A DNA stretch of 64,000 bases from the NCBI GenBank assembly GCA_036172245.1, contig JAYWIR010000007.1, positions 3,534,001 to 3,598,000 on the forward strand, in the 5' to 3' direction. Source of the DNA: Raillietiella orientalis. Lineage: Eukaryota. The position numbers were made by a program, and so were the translations under genes. Below are positions 37,962-49,164 of the stretch, piece by piece (within the stretch, counting starts at the first letter, position 1; each line of letters begins with the position of its first letter). The notes below the pieces were generated by a model. The model saw only the letters and a program-made list of their open reading frames with translations, searched no databases and had not been told where the DNA came from.

Positions 37962-39430
37962 TTTTTCACTCGGTCACGCCGGGGAGTTTATTTTCATAAA
38001 CCAATAGGGAAGAAAAGTTCCCAACCGCAGAATACTAAATGCAAAGGGCCTCCGCTTTGTCCGACCACCGACAGGCAGGCCGGGAAAACGAGATGTCCGG
38101 AACGGGTGAGGGACAAGGGGACAAAAAAAAACAAAAGAAATGACATTGGGTTGGTTGTGGTAGGGATCTTGGGACTCGCTCCGCACACACCGGGAACCAG
38201 TCAAAGAAAGAAAAAATACCGGGAAATTTGCGGAGCGATCAGGCACAGGGAATGAAGAAAAAAAGGAATTCAATGAATAAGGGAAGGTAGGGGGCTAGGA
38301 TCACCAGGATCCACCGTTCCTACTCACTTGAAAACCGGCAATCTATGCCGGCGCTCTCCTCATTCGTTTTCTCGTTAAGCTGATGCCAGCTAGCAACTGC
38401 ACCGATTTAGGTGGATGCCATCTCGGTGACATCCCTTCGGCGCCTGGTGGTCTCCAGCACATTTCCGTCTGTGACGATGGCGCGTATGCAACCTATGGAT
38501 GCGATCACCGCGCCAGTCGTTTGTCCTTTCGGTGCGAAGAACCTCCGCAGCACATCTCGAGCGGTGTCCTCCTGGTGCAGCAGTGCTTCTGCCAGCCTCC
38601 GCCATGGTTCATGAAGGACACCGCAGTCTAAAAGCAGGTGCGGGAACGACTCCAGCGACCCGCACCTGCCACAGTTTGGGGAAACCATCCCACGGGAAAC
38701 ACGATGCCGTCGCTCGTTGCAATCCCCAGTGCACGAACAGCAGCACGTCCTGTTTCCAACTAAGTGGAAACACTGATGTGTAAACACAGTTTGGCGGGAT
38801 CAATAACACGTCCGGGGCAATGTCTAACAGTTCGCCCCACCGAACAAGCAGTTGTGCGTGGAGTAGCAGCATCGACCAACTGGCGCGTGTTCCAGCCACA
38901 CAGGAGTTTTTCAGTTCCTGCTATAGTGTAGGGAATCTCCCATCTCGCAGGTAGGCTTACTGTCTTCTCTTGCCCTGAGGGCAGACAGCGCTGCGGCAAG
39001 GGGGGTGGCGGCTATGGTGGACCACTTCGCGACGTCCCCGGTTATCAGGTGCGCCCTTCGCACGTCTGCCTCGTCCAGCCAATCTCGCTGCAGGCCTTCG
39101 AAGAACGCAGTGGGTACAGCGACGTACAGACCCAAAGCGAGAGCGACCCTCGGCGATGGTTGCTTATTGACCGGGGCTGTTTCCCGTGTTCGGGCTGCTC
39201 GCCTGTCTCCCATTCATTGCCTGACTCGCGGTCTCGTACGAATCCGGTGACCAGGAGCTTCCATTGCCTTGCTTGCCCGCTTTGGGAATGGGTGCTGCAG
39301 TCTGGCTGCCGCTTTTCCGTTCCAGGAAGCGGGAAACCGCGTCTTCCTGTACTCTGCCTTGCATGAATTCCGAGCACATTTCATGGAATCGTGGGGGCTG
39401 CCTTCCCTCGTACGCGTAATCATTCCTGTG
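37962..39430 (-). mobile_element. L1/Tx1 LINE 3' part (zf-RVT, 3' UTR, hairpin) abutting the APE of the next element
   Basis: VFPLSWKQDVLLFVH...CGRCGSLESFPHLLLDC, paralogous to 10926-11522. Terminal AATAAA plus hairpin at 37962-37992. Confidence 0.8.
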
Positions 39431-41233
39431 TGAAGAGAAGCGCAGTTTCAGTTTCCATCCGCCACCAAGAACGTGCGCGCTCTTGGAACAGGAGGCACCG
39501 CTGCAGCTGGAATCGGTGACCCCGTTGGAAACGGAGCTCCGTCTTTCAGTTGCTCTTCCTGGTTTGCATCTGGCTGCCTTCCTCGTGCGAGATTCGTGTC
39601 CCGTGCATTTTCATTTTTTGCCATTTCGTTGCGTGCAGCTTGCTTCCTGAGAGGAATGTCCTTAGCGATGCGCATCTCTAGCAGTGCTCGTCACTTCCTG
39701 GACCTCTGTTGCACGAGCCCGAATTTTTTCCGATGTTTTCCCTTTCTTGCACACAGTGTTCGCCATGTTCCCTTTTGCGACACGCGAGCTTTTCGAACCG
39801 TGACACGCGCCCTCACCTCCGTTTGCGGATATGTTGCGGGAATCCGGATGCTGGCAGCAAAGAAAGCATTTGCGGGAAGCGTTCAGGGAACCGCGCAACC
39901 GCTCCAATGCGTGCAGAGGTCAGGCGTGTTTTCGACGCCGGATGAACGAACGAAAATGCGAAACGAAGGTCGTGGGAGATGAGACAGGCGTCATCACGTC
40001 CTGCAACCCATCGACGTTCCGATCTGGCTGTTTCGGAGGATATGTTCGTGGCTTCGTGCGAGCAGTCCCACCCCATTCGTCTATCCCCCACACAGCAAGA
40101 AGAATTTCTACCATCAGTTCACCCACCATTATGTGATTCACGTGCTTAACTATCTACTCCTTGAAAACATCCTCAACGATGCGCTCCATGGAAGTTGAAA
40201 ATCATCCAAATCGCATTTTGGATGACGATATCTCTTTCGCAAGAAGAAATTTTTCATTTTAATTAACAGGAAGTATCAATTTCCGTGATTCACTTACCTA
40301 TCAAGATAGCTTCACTGACCTCTCATTCTTGGCCAGTGACGTTACCATTTCATGTTTCATGTCTTCTTCAAAGAAAGATTCTGTTTCCTCCTCTTTCGGC
40401 TGTTGTATCAATTTCTACAGTCGTCGTTTTCGTTAGACCTACACTGCTATTTCACTACAATACTTCGCTCCCTTCCCCTTTCGAATTTGATCTCGATCCC
40501 AAAATCAATGCACGCTTCCCATTTTTCTGTCCCATTCTCCTTTACCACTAAAGATTTCTTTATCTTTGATAGTGAACTGTGTGCTATCCTTCCTCTGCCT
40601 TGTTCACCCTTACCTTATTCGCTTCCCATGGACATTGCACTGACATCATTAGTCTTCCTTCTGATCCCGAGATCGGAAATCCAATTCTGTAACGGACCTA
40701 TTCCATCAGAGTTCAGAGACATCGAGTGAGGACGCGAATAATTGGCACTTCAGGTTCAACCTACGTCTTCCTCAACCAGCTCTGTATTTGAAATTTGAAT
40801 CAGCAACAATCCAATAAAAAAAATTTTAGATGCGGAAGTAATGATTGCAGGGAAATAAACATCGAGATTTTTAATGGATGTTGAATTTATTCAATACTCA
40901 CCGAAAAAGTGGAGTTTCACGAGGTGAAAATTCTGCTGCTACCCTAAATCATTCCGACAACACAGTAAACGGGTAGTGGGGTCACAGACATCACTTTGTT
41001 CAAGGCTAGTTGTCTCGAAAGAATCTGCAAATTCCAGTCGTGGAAACACCAAAATGACAGTCCAAACTATAAATGCTCACCGAATCATCTCACAGCAAAT
41101 ATATTCTTATGGTTATGCGATTTTTCGTGAATGTGAAAGCACACGCCAAGCCTGCTGCGGAATCTGCAACGTGTTGTGCTGGTAACCCTGAAAATCACCG
41201 AGTGAATTTCGGAAGAGCATCTTGAAGAGTAAA

Positions 41234-42382
41234 ATGGCTATAAGGAGTCAATTCGAAAACAGCTCAGAAGTTGGAGTTTTTTCTAAATTGACTTCCACGT
41301 ACTGCCTGGTTGCAATAGCAGGATCTGAGCACTATTTTAGGTACGTGTTTTTAGGTACTATTTAGGTACCGCTTTTTTCTTCCTCCTCAAAAAGCCTCTT
41401 TCAAGTGTAATGGCGTTGCTGTTTGTAGCACGTTGGAGGCCGAACTGGCAGATGTTATTCCTGTTATTCATGCGTCTATTGCAGGCTGCCGAATAATTGG
41501 GAGGCTGGCAGTTGGTAACTTTGATCCTATATGAAGCAAAAGAATCACATTTCAGGTAATCGGCGTGGTTTGTTGGTACCCAATGGTACTACGGACCAAG
41601 AACTGCAACATCTTAGGAATTCACTTCCCGATGACGTCAAAATTCAGCGAATTGAGGAAAGGTTATCGGCCCTAGGAAACGTAATCGCATGTAATGATTA
41701 CGTAGCCTTGGTTCATCCCGATATCGACAGGGTACGCTTTTGTCAAGAGAAAACGGTTGAATTTGTTTTGCCTAACTTGCTATCGAATGCAGGAAACTGA
41801 AGAGATACTAACGGATACCCTCAGTGTGGAAGTGTTCCGTCATTCGCTTGCTGACCAAGTACTTGTGGGTTCATATTGTGCTTTGAGCAATCAAGGAGGA
41901 TTACTGCACCCACGAACATCAGTTGAGGACCAAAATGAATTATCCGCTTTGTTGCAAATACCATTGATAGTAAGTATGAGAACCTTCGGTGTTTTCAGCC
42001 TGCCAGGGAGCAGCAGCATCGGATTAATGATGCCATGCTACTTACTGTTCTCTATCACTGTGCATTACATGTGTACTTTTGTTGTTTACATATTGGATTT
42101 TGCATAGTTTCTTTTTTGAAAAAAACCTGTGTGCATTCAGGCTGGAACAGTAAACAGAGGTTCCGAAGTGATTGGAGCAGGTATGATCGTTAACGATTGG
42201 TTTGCAGTTTGTGGTATTGATACTACTGCCACCGAGATATCAGTCATTGAGAATGTATTTCGATTGAGTGAAAATCATCCCACAGCAATAACCACCAAAA
42301 TGAGATCTTCTCTCGTTGAAAGGTAAAAAAGAAAAGCTGAAATTTCTACTCACACGTGCACTGGTTGCTTAGTCTTGCTTGA
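41234..42382 (+). CDS. EIF6: Eukaryotic translation initiation factor 6, 245 aa; exons 41234-41340, 41429-41514, 41556-41731, 41793-41969, 42141-42322, 42373-42382
   Basis: Spliced translation [28 protein letters not shown]...GNRRGLLVP...[25 protein letters not shown]...[14 protein letters not shown]...VESLA*. All introns are GT-AG and the exons total 738 nt. Confidence 0.97.
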
Positions 42383-42547
42383 GCAACAAATGGAAGTTCC
42401 ACTTTCATAAGGAAGTGTCTGTTAATGGAGTACAGTGAGACTCCAGGTGATCATACTTAAAATGGCACCAAAGGATGGCAACTTTTATTCGGTAATCAAT
42501 CATTCAAACTAAGAATAAAGTGCTTTCAAAGCATACACGTAAAAATA

Positions 42548-43573
42548 TTAAGTGAAATTGAATGGAGAACGAGAAAAATGTTGAGAGCCAGCTGCACGTA
42601 ACAAGGGGAAAGTGTGGACCACCTGAAAATTTGCTGTGGAAGGAGTTATTCCCTTTGCTGATGGAATTTGTTGATTGAAAGCAAGGGGAGAATGTTGGTT
42701 TGAGGTGGGAGGAGTTTTGATGAGAGTAATGCGCCCAGGAGTGAGAGCATCTGCATGGGTACTCTACAACAAGCATTACAGGAATTCTTCTTTCGAGACA
42801 TCAACAGTTACCTGCATCTTCATTGCTGATTCAAAACTAGTGTGACAGGATAATGGTTTGGGAGAACTAGCTGGATGGCAAGGACTGATTTGGGAAGGTG
42901 AAATGTCTTGTTTCTCGAGAAGACCCTCAAGATGCTTGGTGTAAGAAGTCAGTTTATCGAGTAGTTGCTTCATCTTTTGGTACTCTCTAAATTTGAGTGG
43001 TCAGTTGAAGTCGACAGTACTACTACTCTACCTTTCTAATTGCTGCTTTTCCTTCTGAATGCGCTCATAACTTTGCAGGATAAGATCGAATTTTGATTTC
43101 TACAAAGACAAGTCTGTGATTTGATAGAGGATCCTTGTAAATATTACTTGTTCTTGTTGACACTTCATGAGTTTATTTCTGTGTTGCTGCTGGAATTCCA
43201 GCACCTGCTGAATCTGTGGGAGATTGGATTTTAACAAATCCAGTGGTGAAGTGAAGAAGGTTTTTACTTTAGGAAATTTCTTTTTGGGAGTGCGTGAAAA
43301 GGAGGAGCAGCGTTCTCAATACTCACAGTGAGATTGTCTTTGTTAAGTACAATGAAAGTACATTTGGAATTACATGCTAAGCAGCTTTCCGATTTATTTG
43401 CTGATGGATGATGATAATCAACATATTAAAAAAAAGCATTCAATTTACGCCAATCACACACCTTTGCTTAAGCAACCTTCACAAAGTATGTGACCACAGC
43501 TGGAAAACGAATATGTCACCGGTTGCCCTCTTAAAGACTGGACACCACATTTATTACAGTGAACCCAATCCAT
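42548..43573 (-). CDS. RNF212: RNF212/RNF212B (Zip3-family) meiotic RING ligase, ~258 aa; exons 43573-43462, 43400-43327, 43279-43148, 43099-43032, 42986-42812, 42763-42548
   Basis: MDWVHCNKC...SSCGHILCEGC...CLAC RING, then FFTSPLDLL...QVLEFQQQHRNKL, a coiled coil, and an S/P-rich tail with PGRITLIKTPP. These match recalled RNF212-family features, and splice phases are consistent (777 nt). The exact paralog is uncertain. Confidence 0.85.
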
Positions 43574-43805
43574 TTCAATGTGTCCACCAAACCGTTAGAT
43601 TTCAAATGTACCTCTGTAAGGCATCAGCAAGTAAATAACACATGGATTAGGAAAAACACATGGATTTTGGGAAACTAGCTAACAAATGCATAACGTTCTC
43701 CGCTTTCAGAACATTTCCTTTGTAGATTTAGGACACATGGCATTTGGGCAACACAAACTAAAAGGCAAAATGAAACTGGGCAATCGAAAATGCCAGTTTT
43801 ATTTA

Positions 43806-44962
43806 TCATATCTCGGAAGGGCACTTACTGATATACGAGGAATCAAAGAACACAATAGTGATTGTGATGTCATCTCGAAATGCTCTCACTAAATCTTCTG
43901 GAAAGCTTAGGAGTTGTGAAACTCTCGCATTGTCTAGTCCATAATCTGTGGAACTCAAAGCATGACGTATCAGATGTGTTGCTGCATTAGCATCAATTGG
44001 TTTTTTTTGTAAGGCTTCTTGTCTTTGCACCAAGAGTTGTTCCACTTGTTTCAGCGTCAAAGTTTTCTGAGGTAAGACTAGGGGGTTGAGAGCTGTTCTG
44101 CCACACATGTGTTCTCCAATCAGAGCCACCACTTCTGCAGGTGTGAGAAATTCCCAAAAACCATCTGTTCCCAATATGAGAAATTTATCTTTGGCAGTTA
44201 GTCGATGATAGGTAACTTCAGGTTGTGCACTCAGATAAGGAGGTGTGTGGTAATGTGGTGGTATGATGCTTGGACTGCACATTGGCACGAACAATTTATT
44301 TTGCAAATTCACATTCCACTTATATCGGAAATCACCAAAGGCTCTCAGAGGACTCAACTGACCAAGTAATCTTCCATCATGAATGATTGTATGACTTTCT
44401 GATGCAGGATGTTCATGAAACAGGCGATGCATTTCTTTGGCATTTTCGTGATTATGCTCATTGGTTAATTTTTTTGCCACCCAGTGATTCGCATCAGTTT
44501 CCTGGCCAAGCACAGCTTGGCAATCACCCACATTACCTACATGCAAGTGGGTACCATCAATGTGTGCTACACAACCAACACAACCAGACAAGGCCACAGC
44601 CATGGGAATCATCTGATTTGCTGCTTCTCTAGAGAGGTCATCATCCAATCTCAGAAATGCCTTCTCAAATGCATCCTGAGTGCTTACATTGCTGAACTTT
44701 GTTCTTAATTCTTTTAAATATGCATGAAAACTTTTTTTGTAAAGGTTTTCCAGATGTTTATCAGTGTTGTCCATGACATAAGATGTGTACACTTCCAATA
44801 GATTCAATTCTTCTACTGAATTGACTTGATCAATTTTTCGAATGCATTCATCCAAAGCATCTTTGCAAAGCAGTGAGGCAGCAACATAGTGCATCAACCT
44901 TTTGGTAACCACTTCAACACAATTATTTCCACCATGCCCATCAAAAACTCCAAAAAGCAAAC
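43806..44962 (-). CDS. PDP1: Pyruvate dehydrogenase phosphatase catalytic subunit (PP2C family), large terminal exon; 5' part ~45000-45380 unresolved
   Basis: LFGVFDGHGG, AFLRLDDDLS, HVGNVGDCQAVLG, RLLGQLSPLRAFGDFRYKW, PPHYHTPPYL, LGTDGFW, DANAATHLIRHAL, FRDDITITI. Acceptor ttgcag ends at 44963. Confidence 0.92.
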
Positions 44963-47900
44963 CTGCAATAAACCATAATCACCGAATCCCACAACAGATA
45001 GAACCTACTAAACAAGATCAAAGCTCGGTTTGCTACTATTCTTTAACTACAACTTTGAAATTCATTCATGCTGAGGGAGATAGTCATTTTTTTCAAGAAT
45101 CCTGCTGAACTTGATTGTTCTTCAGTTTGTTTTGCAATGCACGTGTGTTAAGAGAACTAGAAAACTCACATGCACCACATGAAATGAAATGCAAAAGTAC
45201 ATCTGATGCATAAAGTATTAGGTTAGATTCTAGAAATGCATGGAAGCTCATTTTTCGCGGTGGTGATATCATCACTACAGAGCAATCAACCTGTAATACC
45301 TTTGCAATTGCACGAAAAAGCCAATCAATTGCAGAGATTCCGTCAAGAATACGAGGAACCTGCTCGAAAATATCATTTTGTGAAGGAAGGTCGAAATACA
45401 GAAAAACAAAAAGTTACGTGCGACTGTGCAAATCTTGAAACGGAATTCTGCACTCTCAGGGAGTGCATGTTTTCATCACGCTCACTGACCAATGATGATT
45501 CTGCACATCATTCATCGGAAAAAGGAATGGACATTTCGAAATCAAATCAGAATACACAAAGTGGTGGTTGTGTGCCACTCGATTCGTGCACTGTGACGGT
45601 GCCCCGACTACTAGGAATTGTCATTGCACTTCATGCAGGAAGAAACGCGATGGAGGGAACCAACGAAATACGTTCTGTACCATTTGTGGCTCGTTCAAGG
45701 AAAACAAAATGCACATACACACCTGAACACACACGAGAAAACCTCCTTACCGGTGGTATACCGACAACGGGATTCTACATGTCGATCTTCTGGGGGAATG
45801 TTGGATGGAAGGAGGTTGCTTTCGAATGATTTCACCGACTCGCAATATAAATCTTTGCTGAATTCATTGGCTGCCAGTATGTCTGTCACCTGGGAAAAGG
45901 CTCCGCTTACTGCACATGCTTGGAAGGATCACGGACAGTAAGAAACCCGATCGGGGCATACCTGACCAGGGGACAGCCTTGGTGTTGGGAATGCACGTCT
46001 GCACAAACACCTCGCACTGCCAAAGCTCATTCGAAGCCTCGCCATTCCTGAGAGACGACACTTTTCACGGACGCACCACGGCGACGGACACGATGCTGTG
46101 ATGCTGGAAATCGTGGAAAAGGAAAGAGAAAACTTCACGCTCTCGACCTTCCTTGTTGCGGGGGTCGCACGAGAAAGTGTTGACGGTGCACGTTTTCCCT
46201 CGCAAGTACGGACGCCTCCGTGTACATTCGAAGCATCTCCCTGCTTTCCGTACTCAGCCACGTCTCTTTGCCTCCCCCGTGCAAACCACTCGAAGACGTT
46301 CGTCTCCAAAGCCCGCAGTTGCCGCGTCGGCAAAAATTGCACCCGCGGTGAGGAATGATGGGAACCACCTGCATGCAGAATCCGGGTCCACCGGGATGTG
46401 CAGGGAAGCTGGAATTTGGGGGGGATAGGTCAGGTGGGAGCGCGGATTTTTCGTTCCTGGAGATCCCGCATTGCGAGAAAACCAAAGAGAAGCAAATGTA
46501 ATCCTGGAGAAGAAAAGTCTTGGACAAAGATACGGCACGGGAAGAATGCGATCGGATAAAGTACTGTGGAGAGCACATGAAAGACAGATGAAAGCAAGAT
46601 GCAACCTGGGAAAGATTTTCCAGAGTCGCATTTTGAGATGGACGACCAATCCTTCATTCCAGTTATGGCGATGTCTGAATTTTCGTCGCAAGGGAGCTGA
46701 AGTGGAAGCAGACTCCTGCATGTCGAGGGATGCAGAAAAGAGCAGTTTGAGGAATTCTGCAAGACTGCGACTCAATCGTGACTCAGAAGAAAAGAAAAAA
46801 GTGGTGGACCGAAATGCTTTCTTGTGCCCCTTGCATCATGAGTTCGAAACCAAAGAGTGTGGTTGAAAGAAGTGCATGTATTCGATGCATTTGATTTGAA
46901 TGTTTGGAAGAATGCATTTCATTACAGCTGATTGAGTTGCCGTGAGAACTATTTTAACTTTGAGATTCAACTGAGAAAAGCGACCGCGGGGAAGTTTGTA
47001 TTGCCACTGTAAATTTTTCTGTAATTTTTCTTTTTCTACTTAAGCTTTTTGCAAGGTTTGATTTTGTGTCACCCTTGTACCAGTTTTGGAATCGAGAATT
47101 TTTTCCGAAACAATTGACTTTTAATGATTTGAAAATACAAAGCTTTGACGCTTTGTGAGGACTCCTCTTGGTTTCAGGTGCTACTGCTCATTTTATTTGA
47201 AAAATTATCAGTTTATGCTGTTTGCATTCTTCAATATGTGATTTTTTATTTGTTTCTGGTAGAATAATGATCCATTCGTATTTTTCTGTGTTTGTCATCT
47301 CAACATTATTGTGATGCTCGTTCTTCTTTAGTATTCATGATTCTTTTTCTTCCTTATTATTCAAGTTGTGATTCTTCGATCAAAGGACATTTGTTTTTCT
47401 TGGCATATGTTGTAATTCTTGCAATCCATGGATTGTGCGCTTTAAAAACTTTGTTAGTTTTGATATGTATCGTGGATAGTGACTCTGTAGTACATTTCTA
47501 GGAAGATGGTTCGGTACTTTTGGATGCACATATACTCAAAACGTTCGTTTTCGATTCGCGATTATGGATTTCATTTTAAGGAAATATCCTCAAAGTAAAC
47601 CATCAAATTTGCCACACGTATGTGAATGATGTGTACCTCTTTAGTGAACAAAACGATGGAACACAGAAACTAGCACCATTAAGAAGCCGACCAATCTGGA
47701 GACACATTTATCATAAATGTAAGAACACTCTTCATACTACGTTGCCCACTGGCATTACATGTACATATTTTGACCATCCGTAGTGATACTATGAGCACCG
47801 AACCATAAGGCAAAAGGCACCCAGGATTACCGCTTCCTGTCCACTGGAAGTTCCCAAACGTATGGCGATCCTACGCATTCCTTGGTTGCGCAGCGAGATT

Positions 47901-48352
47901 CGCTCTTCGGAGAAACCAACGCAATGATCTGCAGGATGAGCATCAACTTTGGAGCGCTCACCCTTCGAGTTGGAAATCTGGCTGACCCAGCAGAGGTTAT
48001 TTTATAAGAATCGAACCACACTCATCGTGCGGAAAGAGTGCCCTAAAAAGGCGAGAAGGAACGATAGGATGAAAGAAAGCTGCTCAATTCTGTGACTGTT
48101 TCAGGGAACAGAAAGCAATTCAAGACTAGAAAAAAATGGTTTAAAGGGCACAAGAGTTTAGGTGCATCACAAGGACCGTGCACTCTGCCGGGTATACGAG
48201 GCATCGTCCAACATTATAAACTGATCACTGCAGAACGAAGTTGTCGATATGTGTGTTTCTTCGTGATGCACCACAAAAGTGAAATGATGGATATGAAGTC
48301 CGGCGCACTCTGAATAGGAAAACTCGAACGTTTAGCGTCTCACTACAGTGTC

Positions 48353-48607
48353 TCAGACGCGAAGGCTGTCTTCTACGAGCGCTTCCACGCTCATCTTCTT
48401 TAATATGATGTTATTAGCCGCTCCCTCGATCGTTTCGAAATCAACATTTGGGAAGGTTTTCCAGAATCCTGTCTTCTGGGACCACAACCGATTGTGCGGG
48501 CTTCTGATACCGTGCAGAATTCTCGCCACGTCGAATCCCGACCACGTTTTGTCCTCCATGTGCCTGTCAAGGAATTGCTTCACAGCAAGTTCAAGTTCCT
48601 TTTCGAC
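48353..48607 (-). CDS. RECQL4 C-terminal-domain-like terminal exon, no upstream exons found
   Basis: After acceptor ttttcag it reads VKQFLDRH...WSGFDVARILHGIRSP...FWK...VDFETI. This resembles the recalled RECQL4 C-terminus IRQFL...SSRAVARIFHGIGSP...FWR...LSF. Confidence 0.6.
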   Translation of the reverse strand, partial: VEKELELAVKQFLDRHMEDKTWSGFDVARILHGIRSPHNRLWSQKTGFWKTFPNVDFETIEGAANNIILKKMSVEALVEDSLRV

Positions 48608-48699
48608 CTGAAAAACGCATTGCGAATCGGACTTCTTCTCCATCCGCTTGCAAACTGGTTTCATTTGCCCTGACGTCTCGAAGAGTCGCACGCAGAAGC

Positions 48700-49164
48700 T
48701 CCAGTCGGATACTGGGAGACTCTGAAAAGAGTGACAGGGTTGCAGAACTATTCACCTTCGGAAGTCCTGGTCAAGATGTTTCAAGGAACTGGTAACGTCC
48801 CTTGTTACAATCTCATGGTTGAGACGACCATTGCCCTGCTTATTACGGTCATCCTAATCAGATGGCGGTAGATGAGGACTAGTGGAAAGGCCGTGTCTCC
48901 AATGGAAATCCTGAAAGGGATTATCCGAAAAGAGATCGGAATACGGAACTGTCGTAGAGTGGAATATGGACATACCAATATATCCTGAAAAGGATTGGGG
49001 ACAATGTCCAAACCCACTCCAGTGCAGAACCTTAGTGCAGTGACTTCCCTAAGTAAAATATCAATGGAAAAATAATAGTGAACTTTTTTCGAAGTGGAAT
49101 GAATGACACTGTAGAGTAAATGTCAAAAGAAATAAAATTACTCCACCCTAGTGGGATTGGAGAA
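48700..49164 (+). mobile_element. 3' fragment of the same LINE family as 5660-7325, with terminal hairpin
   Basis: YNLMVETTIALLIT...ILKGIIRKEIGIRNC versus YNPMVRITIAFFIT...IFKGLVKREIGIRSC. AATAAA at 49131 plus hairpin 49141-49162. Confidence 0.8.

Noticed and set aside
1..40200. Telomeric head-to-tail retrotransposon array
   Set aside because: No telomeric repeats were seen. Most 3' ends point away from the gene block, opposite to the expectation if a telomere lay to the left.
39450..40200. ORF1 of the adjacent LINE
   Set aside because: Only a partial CFLC..H word supports it. Plausible but not supportable.
45600..46870. Gene or LINE ORF1 relic on the plus strand
   Set aside because: GC-richer and TE-like (TQPRL..KAR), but with no intact CCHC or other diagnostic motif.
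47800..48060. zf-RVT-like relic on the minus strand
   Set aside because: Only H...HC remains, which is insufficient.
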